Below are positions 12,997 to 24,685 of a DNA stretch of 64,000 bases, piece after piece; positions within the stretch are counted from its first letter, which is position 1, and the number at the start of each line of letters is the position of its first letter. A program made the position numbers and the translations under genes. Where the stretch lies: assembly GCF_018977255.1 (NCBI RefSeq), contig NW_024704753.1, positions 3,286,001 to 3,350,000 on the forward strand, given 5' to 3'. Source of the DNA: Callorhinchus milii (taxonomy: Eukaryota). Under the pieces are notes generated by a model, which searched no databases, had not been told where the DNA came from, and was given only the letters and a program-made list of their open reading frames with translations.

Positions 12997-14057
12997 TCCC
13001 CATTGGGGAAGATAACACTTCTGACAAAGCCATACTCCCCCAGTCCTGGATCAGAGTGTGAGCATAGACTGTACGAGTTCAAAGCAGACGATGGCTGGTG
13101 CTGCCTTGCTCAAAACTCAGATGTTATCATATGATGGATTGAGGAATCCTTCCATCATTTTGATCACGGAGCACGAGGATGAAAGAGCACAAGCTATGAC
13201 TGGGACATGAAACTAAGCAAGCGTGTCAGGCAGAGCAATTTTAATTTTCTTCACCTCACGCTGTTATAAAGTGAATTAACCGTGTGCCAGAAGGCCTGGG
13301 AGGATAACATACAGTCATCATCAACCTCGATGTAACCTTTTCCGCAATTTCATTATAATTAAAAAAAAGTGCAAATTCCGCCCTCAGAACCAGCGGAGTA
13401 GGTATTTATTATGTTAATAGGACATCTTAATGGATCATACGGTTTCTAAGTAATTCGCACCTTTAAGTTAATTTAATTAGAAAATAGGCTTCTTTCCCCC
13501 ACAGAAACGCAGAAATCACTGCTTTAATGTTGGTGTTTTTAGTCTGGCTGAAACTATGTCTGATCTTTCTTGGGTTGAGAACCCCAGAAAAGTCCCGAAA
13601 ATCGACAGCAGGTCAAATCAATCATCCTGTGAGTCAGAAAACTAAGAGAGAGGCACTATTCTTAATTAATCAGTTACACCTAATCAGTTACTCTTCACAT
13701 CAGCAAGACTCCACATATTGCATAGTTGATATTTCATATCAAAGCACTTTGCGGGAATTAGTGCTACATGGACTGGCTTCAAGCGTTCCAAAATGCTACC
13801 TTGTGTGAAGGTGACTATAAATGCATGTTGTCATTGGTATTGACTGTGTACTTTGCAGGCAAACTTAGCAGCCAATTTGTGAGCAGCCACATAAGAGCTA
13901 AGAAGGGAAATTATTTCATCTTGGAGTGGGCGGAGGGGGGGTGCGGGTGGGTGCAGGATTGGGGAGGGACTGGCGGGAGCCAGGAAATGCCGACGTCTTA
14001 ATGGATAATACGGTTTCAAAGTAATTTGCACCTTTAATTTAATTAGAAAATAGACAT

Positions 14058-14152
14058 TGGCCGAGACAACAGGAGATAAGTCCTTTCTTTTTTTCAATAG
14101 TGCCGTGGGATCTTTAACGTCCACCTGAACAGACTGACAGGCCTCGGGTTAA
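14058..14152 (-). mobile_element. Deu-domain SINE fragment
   Basis: tggccgagacaacagga...agtgccgtgggatctttaacgtccacctga...cctcgggttaa is the reverse complement of the Deu core. Confidence 0.7.
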
Positions 14153-14640
14153 AAAAAAAAGGATCAATTTGTTGGTCTCAGTGAGCACTGCTGCCCTGAC
14201 AATCATTTGCAAAGCCATCATGCCATCAAAAACCCTTCAGGTCTTTCTTACGTCAGTGGCCAAAAGTAGCAGTTCTTCTCACTCGGTCCTTGAAATGGGA
14301 TAGCGCCAGATAATGCAGCGGAAATAATACCATCTTTAGGAATCAGGCTAAGGTAGGCTCAGTTTCTTGCTTACTTACCGAGGCATGGTGCCGAAATGAA
14401 TATTTTATGATTGTTTGCTCACTTGAAGTGTATCAGTTAGTTCAAGGTGTGAAACCGAATACTGCGTCAGACGGAAAGATACGCTGCAAATGATAGACTA
14501 ATTCAGGCTGTTGGATTGGCGATTTGCAGTGGACCAATGCAGTGTCATGAGTTGATCTTGTCAGTGACTATTGCAACAGTTTAATGCGGAGATGTGTGTT
14601 CCAAGGTCAAATCCCAGATTGAAGCCATCCTAATGGACTA

Positions 14641-14987
14641 AATAATAATAATAATAATCCTTGCATTTGATACAGCGCCTTATCACATCTTCGAGACATC
14701 TCATAGTGCTTCACAGAATATACGTAAAGTGAATTGATTGCATATTTTGTGGGCGAAACGCGGCAGCCATTTGCACCCAACAGTTTCCCACAAAGAGTCG
14801 TGTCTTGAGTGACCAAATATTTTTAAAGGGATTATTACCCCCGGAAAAGCGATCCACCAATCAACTATCTAATGCTCGGCAAACAGAGGTATGTGAAGTA
14901 AGGAACTTGCCCAACATTTTGCGCAGCCTGGGAATCAAACCTGGCTTGCGAGGCAAGTGCTCCAAGCACTGAGCTGCAGGACTCCGC
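14641..14987 (-). mobile_element. tRNA-derived SINE2, type II (long central domain), diverged
   Basis: Head, aaacagagg..gaagtaaggaacttgccc central block and tail. Confidence 0.85.
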
Positions 14988-15300
14988 TTGGTCGAAAGGC
15001 TAACGTTTAATTTGGGACCGTTCTACATTCGCAATCCTGCTTTCCTCTTCCCATCTCTTACAATACCATTCAAGCCTCTGCCCAGGGGCACAGCAGCTGT
15101 ACTATACAGTAGATTTTTAAGGCTCGAAGCCCAGATTGTGTTTCAATGTTTGCCCCTCATCATTGCATTCCCCCATGTCCACCCTCCACCAGCTGGGTGG
15201 GGTGGGGGGTGGGGTGTCCTGTGCACTGGATGGCGGCCTGTCCGTTCTCTTCCACAAGCTCGGCAGTAACAAGTGGGTGCAATCAGAGAACAAATGAGCA

Positions 15301-15344
15301 GTGGTTTGCTGGAAAATAAGCCGTGGTTTGCTGGAAAATAAGCC
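15301..15344. repeat. Perfect 22-bp tandem duplication
   Basis: gtggtttgctggaaaataagcc occurs twice in tandem. Confidence 0.95.
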
Positions 15345-15744
15345 AAGGGCTGACAAGAGACTACAAATCCATAGGCTCAGAGTCAAGGCAGATTTTGCCA
15401 CCAAGATATAATGATGTTCCCTCTTTCTACACTGAGCCCCTAAGATGAATTGTTTAACACTTTATGCTGCACATTATAATGTAAACAGTAAGGAGCTCTG
15501 CCACTGAAAGGGAATGAGTGTGTATTTGCTACCAAATATTCCTGTTTATTTTCCCGAGTCAGACTTGCCTGCACTCTACTACAAGAAAAATGTGCATTTT
15601 AAAAACCCAAGCAAGATGGAGAATAAGAGGGGAGGGGAGAGGGAGGAATAATGTGAGATGAAGGATTTGGGGGAGAGAATTCCACATCCGTACATCAGCT
15701 CGACACAAAATTGGTTGGAATGGAGCTCACATCAGCCTTGATAG

Positions 15745-16205
15745 TCGTAGAACATTACAGCACAGAAGGAGGCCATTCGGCCCACATAATAATAATAATA
15801 ATAATAATCCTTGCATTTGATATAGCGCTTTTCACGTCGGGAGGACGTCCCAAAGCGCTTCACAGAACACACTGTAAAGTGAATTGACTGTATATTTGTG
15901 GGCGAACGCGGCAGCCAATTGCGCACAGCAATGTCCCACAAACAGTCGTAGATTGAAAATGACCAATTTATTATTGTTTTTGGTTTTGGAGGGATTATTA
16001 TTAGGCTCTGTGTGGAGTAAGGAAACTTGCCCAAGGTTTCGCCCTCTGCCTGGAATTGAACCAGGTGTCTCGCTTGCAAAGCGAGTGCTCTAAACACTGA
16101 GCTACAGGACTCCACATGCCTGTGTCGGCTCTTCAGAAGAGCTACCCAATCAGTCCCACTCCCCCGCTCTTTCCCCAAAGCCCTACAAATGTTTCAACTA
16201 CCTTT
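15745..16205 (-). mobile_element. CR1 3' fragment interrupted by a full-length type I SINE (15786-16115)
   Basis: The CR1 tail ...ggccattcggcccacat resumes as ccacatgcctgtgtcggctcttcagaagagctaccc after the SINE. Confidence 0.9.
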
Positions 16206-16509
16206 TCAACTGATGATTTTTTTTTTCTTCCAGTAAATTGCCATTTTCATTTTTTTATCTGCCTTTTCCTCCTCCTCACAGTTTATCCCAAACATTCTTT
16301 CTCTGCTGAAGTCAGTTAACTGCTTTATCCATCTGCTGGGTGGACAAGTGGGAGGGGGAAAGAGAAAGAGCGAGAGATAGGGAGAGAAGTTACACAAATG
16401 TTGGTTATCCATTGTTAATAGAAATGGATCAATAAGATCTACAGGTTGAGAAATGAAAGATGAACATCATCCAGGCACTACTAAACAGGAACTAAATGGA
16501 CCCAAAGCA

Positions 16510-16722
16510 TTTTTTTGAAAAGAAGAGGGAGTTTCTCCCAGTGTCCTGGCCTTTAATCGCCCCAACTAAAATTAGACCTTCACTTCATGGCTGTTTGTGA
16601 CATTGCAAGGCATAAATTGGATCTCCATTCACCCACAAATACGCAATCAATACACTCTTCAGTAAACCCAGTCAGCGCTTTGAGGCATTTTGATGATATG
16701 ATATCAAATGCAAGGATTATTA
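16510..16722 (+). mobile_element. Old Deu-domain SINE fragment
   Basis: gaagagggagtttctcccagtgtcctggcc...ctgtttgtgacattgc...tcaaatgcaaggattatt. Confidence 0.7.
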
Positions 16723-16726
16723 TCAA

Positions 16727-16803
16727 GACAAAAGTCGCTGGGAACACTCAACAGGCCAGGCAGCATCTATGGAGAGAGGAAAATGAGTTAACGTCTCAGG
16801 TCA
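16727..16803 (-). mobile_element. Penelope-like terminal fragment (third copy)
   Basis: gctgggaacactcaacaggccaggcagcatctatggagagaggaaaatgagttaacgt, same family as 4812. Confidence 0.7.
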
Positions 16804-17849
16804 GAAGGATTATTCTTATCATTACAAATAAAAGGGTCATTGATACCATTTAGGGGGGAATAAAGGAAATGGTTGCCTTGCTCTCCGCTTGCTCACTCAT
16901 CTGCAGCAATATGTATCAGCGACGTGTTGACCATACTTTGGGGGTGAAGGGTGTGGGGTTGGGAGGGGTGGGGGAGGGTTAGGGGAGGTAGAGAGGGAAA
17001 GGTGAGCATCACTACAGTGTTTTGTACACGGCTGATAAATATATATATATATAAAAAGCCAGTTCCCATGGGTTCAGTGCTGAGTATGTACTGAAATGCA
17101 CCGATGTACTCTCTGTTCATATGCTAATGTGTTACTAGGGTGACTGCAGAGCAAGTCTGAATTATTTTTTTTCTCGTCCCTTTGGAATGACTGGAAAGAA
17201 ACCCTCACCACAGCCAGACAATAAACATATTCACCCGACTCCCTTCCCTTCCAGCTTGGCCTGTGTTTTTCTTTTACTGTATCGTCGTGAGTAGACACCG
17301 ACGAGCAAACACCAAGACCGAGCTCTATGGAAATAAGGACTGTAGAATATTCGAGCGCCCACCGTTAGATTTTTTTTTTTTACGCAGACATTTCCTTGGC
17401 ACTTAAGCAACTCGAAGCGGTACTTAAAGTTTATGGGTTTTAAGTGTCGTGCTGCGCGGTTCGGAAAGATAAGCTCTCAGTTTCTTTCACCGACTCGGTT
17501 TCATTTCCAGCAGCCAATTCGACTTGGCTTTTCGGTTTTAAGTGTGATTTTCCTGTCGGTGAGAAAGGGAGACGGATTTGTTGTGATTCGCTGAAGGCTT
17601 GCTTGCTTGTTGGCGGTGTCATTGCTGTTGTGTGTTCTTTCTTCTCTCTTGACTGGCCGTCATCTCCATGGTAACTGGCAGCGGACCTGATGGAATTGAT
17701 CATTGCTGTGCCAATTAGAAGGCGCAGTAATGACAGCCCCACTTAACCTGTCAATACACGCAGGTCGCCCAAGTTATACTGTCTTCAGTGCCCCTCCACC
17801 CCCTCCTCACTTGTCTGTACTAAGTTGTAGTGCGATGGAAATGGAGAAA

Positions 17850-18060
17850 TATATACCCTCTGCTCAGCGGGCTCCAGCCTGCTTCACGTCCTCCACCTTG
17901 CCCGCCCCATCATTGGCGGGCGGGCCTTCACCCTCTCTGCCCCTACCCTCTGGAACTCCATTCCCACAGTCCCTCCATCACGCCCCCCCCCCTCCCTCGC
18001 CTCCTTCAAGACCCGTCTCAAGACCCTCCTCTTCGATCGTGCCTTCGGTCTACCTCCTAC
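17850..18060 (+). mobile_element. L2 LINE ORF2 C-terminal fragment
   Basis: Encodes a frameshifted IGGRAFTLSAPTLWNSIP...SFKTRLKTLLFDRAF motif. Confidence 0.85.
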
Positions 18061-18567
18061 CCCTACCCGTCCACCCCCCCCCCCCCCACCCCACCCTCCA
18101 CCCCTCCAGGTGTTGAGGGAGGGAGTTCCAGAGAAAGAGAGAGTGGGGGCGATGTGGGGCAGGAGACGTCTGACAGGCCCCAGTTAACCGAGCGGAGATG
18201 GGGGAGGAAGTAGAAGAGTGAGTATACAATGGCAGTGTCGGTGATGATGCCTCACAGAGCTCAGGAGAGATTGCATTTCATCACATTGGGACATAAGTGT
18301 TACAGTGCACTGCAGCACCAAGTTTAGTGGCTCACTTCATCAAAGTGTGACCACTTGACATGTGCGGAGTGGAGCAGGGACTTCCCTAGGCAGAGTTTAT
18401 TTACATAAGCTGTTAAACGCTCAGCATTTCGCCAGTTCCCCCTTCCTTCTCTGGACCCACTCTCTCAGCTCCCAGTCCCAGCTCGGATGCAACTTCCTGC
18501 TGTTTAAAGCGCTTTGATACGTCCTGCAGAGGTGACGGCTGCTAATTAAATGTAGGTTCCTTTGCAC

Positions 18568-18822
18568 AACAACCACTCGCGTCTACCGGCGCTGCTCATA
18601 CCGGGTAGCGTCCCAGAGCGCTTGACAGTGGCGGAGCACGGCGCTGAGCCGGTGGGGGGTGGGGGGGGTGGGGGAGGGAGGTGACTGCAGGCACGGGCAA
18701 AGAGGAAGGTCTTCAGTCGTGACCTGAAGATGGGGGAGGAAGGGTCAAGACGGAGGGATAGAGGAAGAGTGTTCCAGAGTTTCTGGGCGGAGTGGCTGAA
18801 AGCACGGCCACTGATGGTGGAA
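18568..18822 (-). mobile_element. L2 LINE 3' fragment
   Basis: The ORF track gives GRAFSHSAQKLWNTLPLSLRL...FRSRLKTFLF, followed by a tail. Confidence 0.85.
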
Positions 18823-19083
18823 CAGGCAGAGGGCGAAACCTTGGGCAAGTTTCCTTACTCCACACAGAGCCTAATAATAATCCCTCCAAAACCAAAACAA
18901 TAATAAATTGGTCATTTTCAATCTACGACTGTTTGTGGGACATTGCTGTGCGCAATCGGCTGCCGCGTTCGCCCACAAATATACGGTCAATTCACTTTAC
19001 AGTGTGTTCTGTGAAGCGCTTTGGGACGTCCTCCCGACGTGAAAAGCGCTATATCAAATGCAAGGATTATTATTATTATTATT
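18823..19083 (+). mobile_element. Type I SINE, 5'-truncated, young
   Basis: Begins at caggcagagggcgaaacc and is near-identical to the consensus through the (TTA)n tail. Confidence 0.95.
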
Positions 19084-19169
19084 AACAGTGTAATTCACTG
19101 TTTCATTATCGACTGGACAATAACTTAGTTGGAATAACCTAGTCTAAGCTGAAACTTTAATGCAGTGTT

Positions 19170-19412
19170 GGGGGAACACTGCATTGTCGGAGGTGCTGTC
19201 ATCCGGATGAGACATTAAACCGAGTGCCCATTTGTTCAGGTGGATGTAAAAGATCCCATGGGACTATTCAGAAGAGAAGGAAATTTCTCCTGGTGTCCTG
19301 GCCAACAATCCCCCAATAAAAATAAAATAAAAGTTAATCCACTTTCCAGTATATCCTGAAGCGCTTTGAGACCTCTCAATAGCGCTATATCAAATGCAAG
19401 GATTATTATTTA
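19170..19412 (+). mobile_element. Deu-domain SINE (SacSINE1/AmnSINE-like core)
   Basis: tgtcggaggtgctgtcatccggatgagacattaaaccgag...aaagatcccatgg...ggtgtcctggccaa. Confidence 0.8.
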
Positions 19413-20759
19413 TTAAAACTAGAGAGCAAATGGAGTTAAGGTTATTTTGCAATAAAGCCACTGGAGACTGGAAAATCACTGCGTCCTCCATGAAGATCAG
19501 TGGCTGCCTCCTGGAAAAGGATTAATGAAGTATGAGCGTGTGATTGTACTGCTCTGATCTGTGTAATCAAAATGATATGTTTGTCTCCGAAATTAAAGAT
19601 ACAATAATTACGGTTCGGGGCTTTGTTTAAGACAGAACTCGGCAAAGCTTAATCCGATTCATTTTTCTTCCCCCCCCCCCCCCACCCACCCCCACTTCCA
19701 GCTGGGCGAGGGTGGGGGAAGGAGGGAGAATTGAGTTTAATTTGTAATTATGCTTATTGCAATCAGTGGCCATTATAAAAGATGTGTTCAGGGATCGCAT
19801 TCATTCCCCCTGTTTGTTCACGCTGCTCGCTGACACCAAGAGAGGAACGAATTGTGTCACGCCAGCGCTTTCGCCGTAGTCTGGACAAAGGGACCGTTCG
19901 GCCTGAAATTCGCCCAGGTCTAAGATCTCAGACCTTTGTCCCGAGACCCAGGATGGTGCAAAGTCTTCAGAGTGGCAACCTCAGTCACACTTCGGAGGTT
20001 TATAAAAGAGCCATCTAAACCAGCAAACAAATCAATGCCAAAGTTTTTCTAAGACTTTGCAAAACTCTGCACAAAGTTTTAAGGCATCGGGTTACACGGT
20101 AACTTGGAGCCGCTGCTATCCAGCAGGGGTTACCGCGGAGTAATTAGGAGCAAGTGTCCTCACTCGTTAACCCTCCCCATCCCGTAACCTCGACAGGAGA
20201 TACTGAGACTGATTATAGCTCCCTTACTCCTCAACCCTGACATCCCCCCCTCCAATCACTGGGTGAGCGAAGGAACGAATAAAAGAAACAAGTGGCAAGA
20301 GAGAAATTGCTAAAGGAAAGGTGATTCTCCTTTGCTGGTCTACAGAGAGTGCTTTTCAAACAATAAAAGCGTAGAAGATCGAGATCCCAATTATACAGGC
20401 ACAACCCATTAGCGCTAATGAGGGCATGATCTCCAAAGTATTGCACCTGAATGTAAGATACAACCTGAAACTGCTTTGGCTGCATTTCCCGTGCGTCTCT
20501 GTACCTTTCCAGCCATGATCAGTGTGAGACATCGCGGTGTGAGAGCTGAGAGGCTGAAGTGCTGTGTTTGATGTCGTTCCCCCGACTCTGATTTTGTGCC
20601 AATTTACAATTTGTAAAATAAGTCGAAACAATTTTTTGATCTCGTCTTCCTTAAGTGTAAGGGAGGTGAACGAACATCTGTGCAAACGCATGCAATTAAC
20701 CTGGAGGTGATTCGCTATCAGCTGTGCGGGTTAATTCAGCTGCTTGTACAATTGAGCTC

Positions 20760-21130
20760 CGTAATGATAATCCTTGCATTCGACACTGCGCCTTAGCACA
20801 TCGTCAAAACATCTCAAAGCCCTCGACAAATTTTGAGTGAAGCATTGTGATTGCTTATTTGTAGGCGAACAGGATAGCCAAATTGCGCCCAGCAAGATCC
20901 CCAAAAGACGTGTGATGTGCAAATTTTACTGGGAGAAATTCCCTTCTTGAATACTGCCACAGGATTTTTAACATCCACCCAGAATACAATATTAATAATA
21001 ACAATCCGTGCATTTGATACAATACCTGAGCACATCTTTGCGACGCTAAGCGCTTCGCAGGATATACTGTAAAGTGGATTCACTCTGTATTTTGTGGGCG
21101 AAACACAGCCAATTGCGCACAGCGGCACAA
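20760..21130 (-). mobile_element. Cluster of diverged SINE fragments
   Basis: Two tails (20760 and 20995) with a Deu piece between them. Confidence 0.7.
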
Positions 21131-21395
21131 ACAGTCATTTGCCTTTATAAAATGAGTTATTAATAGCCTCGGGTCAGTGACTTGAAAACTTTAGCATTTC
21201 TGGAGTGACGAGTGCTTTAACAACAACCCCCCCCCCCCCCCTCCCTGGGGACGTCCTGTTCGTGCGGTCCTCGATGGGTCAGCCTTATGTTTTCCTCTCC
21301 GTATTCAGGCAGAGGACAAGCAACATCCAGCCAATGCCTGCCTTTCCTGTCACAGGCCTGCTTAGTTGCTATATATATATTTCTTTTTTTTAAAT

Positions 21396-21427
<32 letters not shown>

Positions 21428-21474
21428 ACTGTGTCGTAATCATTTGCAGGAGTTATTGATGACAACTGTTCACA

Positions 21475-21615
21475 ACTTGTTTGTGCTGCCGTGTTTCTCC
21501 CGCGAAGTACGCGGCCAATTCGCTTGACGTTACATTTTGCGAAGCGCTTTGAGACGTCGCGACGAGGTGATAAGTCGCTGCATCAAATGCAAGGAAATGT
21601 TAAGGATTATTTATC
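21475..21615 (+). mobile_element. SINE 3' fragment
   Basis: gctgccgtgtttc...gcgctttgagacgtcgcgacg...aaatgcaagga. Confidence 0.75.
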
Positions 21616-21772
21616 ATGACCAAATCAATTGTTTATAATCTGGTCAGCTGAACGAAAATAGCGTTGTCCTTGGTGTATTCTGAATGTGGGCAGAACCTCA
21701 GCAGATTACCTTGCGCTTAATTCTTTTCCATCTGTCTCTCTCTCCCCCACCCTCTCCACCCTCCCCACGCAG

Positions 21773-21854
21773 ATCAGAGGTTCTGCCTTTTAAAGAGGAA
21801 GTCTTCCATCCGCTGGTGATTTACAAGAGCCTTGTTCGTCCTTGGCAACCGGAG
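21773..21854 (+). other. cntn3: 5' UTR portion of the contactin signal-peptide exon
   Basis: A long pyrimidine tract (21721-21770) ends in cgcag (AG at 21771-21772) upstream of the ATG at 21855. An alternative AG lies 5 nt further on. Confidence 0.7.
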
Positions 21855-21909
21855 ATGATGTTGCTATGGAAATACCTATTGCTGCTATCATTCCTTGGCT
21901 GTCTTGCAG
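21855..21909 (+). CDS. cntn3: First coding exon (signal peptide) of a contactin, most similar to contactin-3; 55 coding nt, phase-1 intron follows
   Basis: Translates MMLLWKYLLLLSFLGCLA+G. This matches the recalled mammalian CNTN3 N-terminus (MMFPWKQLILLSFIGCLGG) at 13 of 19 positions. It ends at GCAG|gtaaaa (GT at 21910). The 18-codon+1 nt layout fits the CNTN3/4/6 signal exon. Paralog assignment is from memory. Confidence 0.85.
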
Positions 21910-22267
21910 GTAAAACGTCTCATTAATACTTCTGCTCTGTGGAACGTTGAAAAAAACCGTCGTATTTGGGGGGAAAAGTTGCTCGACTCCAGCTCGAGTG
22001 ATGCTTTCTGGCGAGGGGAGAGAGGGGGTGGAGGGGGAAGGGAACCCCAATTAACGCATCGATAATTGGGGTCTGATTTAGGATTGTTGCAAATTGACGT
22101 GCAAACAGCCAGTCTCTGCAGGTACCCACACTGCATGCGTCTCAGGCTGCTCGGATTCCAAGGAAACTATTTGCAAGTCAATTTGCCACGATTGCCAATA
22201 TGACCTTTGTTTTAAAAAAATCTACACGGGGTCAGCCGGGTGTCCGACACGCGTGGAACCCGGCCCA

Positions 22268-22530
22268 AGACTGAAGGGGCAGTAAATTCAGAACAAATCT
22301 GCGGAAACACTACTTCTGTGAGCGAGCAGTAAACTTATGGAACAGGCTCCCTAGAGAGACGGTGGAAGCAGAAAATGTCACTTGTTTCAAGAACAAATGA
22401 GATAGACTTCCGCTAGAAAATAATCTCTCGGGATACGGTGTATGGATTGGGACACGATATGTCAAGCACTGACAGAATGGTGGAAGGCGAACTAGATGGT
22501 ATTCTTTCGCCTAACAAACTCTTGTGTTCT
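22268..22530 (+). mobile_element. CR1 LINE 3' fragment (second subfamily)
   Basis: Translates LKGSKFRTNLRKHYFCERAVNLWNRLPRETVEAENVTCFKNK, the CR1 ORF2 C-terminal motif. Its tail matches 24518-24685. Confidence 0.85.
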
Positions 22531-22814
22531 TCAGTAAACCCATCACCGTATCCAAACCAGACCGAGAGCTCCATGTGTGTATGCTGCCGAAGAATGGACA
22601 TGTCCCAGTGTCTCTCTCTCTCCCTGGAGGAATGCAACTTGCTCACCTGATTCTAGAGGGGATTAGATATTGGTTGGCAAGGGTACAGCATTGGGACTCA
22701 AAGACCTTAGCAGGGCTGGTAAATGCTCAACAATTGCTATCCACTTGGTGTGTCCAGAGAAGAAGCCACATATTTGCTTGTTGCATAAACTATTGTCAAA
22801 CCTAACCTTGGTTT

Positions 22815-23095
22815 CTGTCTGAGGCTCGCTGTGAGGTCCCTTGCCCCTCCGCTCCATCATTAGCGGCCGTGCTTTAACTACTGCTCTCCAAAACTATGGA
22901 ACTCTCTTCCTCAATCCCTCTGCCTTGCCTCCGCCTTCCCTATCCTCAAATCACACCTGAAGATCTTCCTCTTCGACCGTGTTTACAGCCATCTTTCCCC
23001 TCTCCCCGGCAAAGTCGTGGTCCAAGTCCCTGTTAAGCACTCTGAGATGCTATTACCACATGAGGGAGCTATATAAATGCAAGTTGTTGCTGTTT
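22815..23095 (+). mobile_element. L2 LINE 3' fragment
   Basis: agcggccgtgcttt...ctatggaactctcttcc...ctgaagatcttcctctt...aatgcaagttgttg. Confidence 0.8.
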
Positions 23096-23771
23096 TTGCT
23101 GTTATAGTGCACACAATATTCACTGCAGTGTTATTGCAATGTGCTGTCTGCAAAGCTAAGGAGAACTGTGTGGTCAGAGATTGTGCTTGACGACTGCAAA
23201 CTACTTCATTGTGTCATTGTCTATTTGTGAGAGGTGATTCTCACCCGGACAACATCGAGGTCAAAAGTGGTCAGTACTTGTTGCTAAAAACATTTACAAT
23301 GAGAGACTGGAACAATCATGTGTTCAAAGGCAATTGGTTCCTTTACCACCAGCTGTTTGATCCAGGATTTGCACTGGTGACATTGCTATAAACTGAAAGA
23401 GGGGAGGACCCAAGGGATGGAGACGGGGTGAAACATTGGAACATTGCTATAGCTGAGACATTTGAAATGGATCCTACATTCGATCTGGTACCTAACCATT
23501 CAGCGGAGGCCCCCAGCCATCTGCCAACGTGTTTTTGTTTTGTGAAATGGATGGAGCTGGAGATTAAATATTACTTATGAACGATTAAGCATCATGTTTA
23601 ATTAGTTGGCTGGGAATAAGGGATGTTGTAATTGGCTTCAGCAGCCCCTCCCCCCCACCCCCCATCCCCCCCCTAGCAAGGGAGGGGAAAGTCAACCAAG
23701 GGTACGTGTCAAGATATCGTTTGAGAGCAAGACAAGGCTTGCTTGTGAGTTGACAGCTGATGCTCACTGTC

Positions 23772-24095
23772 TAATAATAATAATAATCCTTGCATTTGAT
23801 ATAGCGCTTTTCACGTCGGGAGGACGTCCCAAAGCGCTTCACAGAATAGACTGTAAAGTGAATTGACTGTATATTTGGGGGCGAACGCGGCAGCCAATTG
23901 CGCACAGCAATGTCCCACAAACAGTCGTAGATTGAAAATGACCAATTTGTTATTGTTTCGGGTTTTGGAGGGATTATTATTAGGCTCTGTGTGGAGTCAG
24001 GAAACTTGCCCAAGGTTTCGCCCTCTGCCTGGAATTGAACTCAGGTCTCTCGCTTGCAAAGCGAGTGCTCTAACCACTGAGCTACAGGACTCCAC
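23772..24095 (-). mobile_element. Type I SINE, full length
   Basis: Complete head-to-tail copy. Confidence 0.95.
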
Positions 24096-24517
24096 AAAGT
24101 CTAGGTTTCATATGTGAAGAATGGTCAGAAATGCAAGGATTTTTAGGATTATTAATTCATCCAACCACCAGCAGCCTTGAATTTTCACCTGGTCTTGAAC
24201 TCCGAGGCCTTTTTTGCCTCGATGTTTAAGATCGGCAGAAGCGTACCCGGTGATTGGGACCCAGTTTGGAAACTGCGGTTCTTTGTAAGAAAACCCACTT
24301 TAAAATGAAGACTGAATTCAAGAATTTGGGTCAGTTTCACGCGATTTGACTTTTTTGAGCCCAAACAAAATGTATCCAAGACAATAAACCGTGGAGGTGA
24401 TGGTTAGGATGCTCAGTTTGTGGACCTGGAAATAGCTCTGTGAGATACAACACAATAATGTCTTGTTCTGGAAAGCAATTTAAGATGGGGAGTGTAAACC
24501 TGCCCTTGACTCACCTT

Positions 24518-24685
24518 GAACATAAGAACATAAGAATTTGCTGGGTGAAAGAAGACCAAGGTCCATCTAGTTTGCCTTCCACCACCATCCAGTCAGTCGC
24601 TTGACATGTCGTATCCCAAACTATGCACTATATCCCGAGATATTATTTTCTAGCAGAAATCTATCTAATTTGGTCTTGAAACAGA
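24518..24685 (-). mobile_element. CR1 3' tail (second subfamily)
   Basis: (aacataag)n terminal repeat followed by a UTR matching 22410-22530. Confidence 0.75.
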
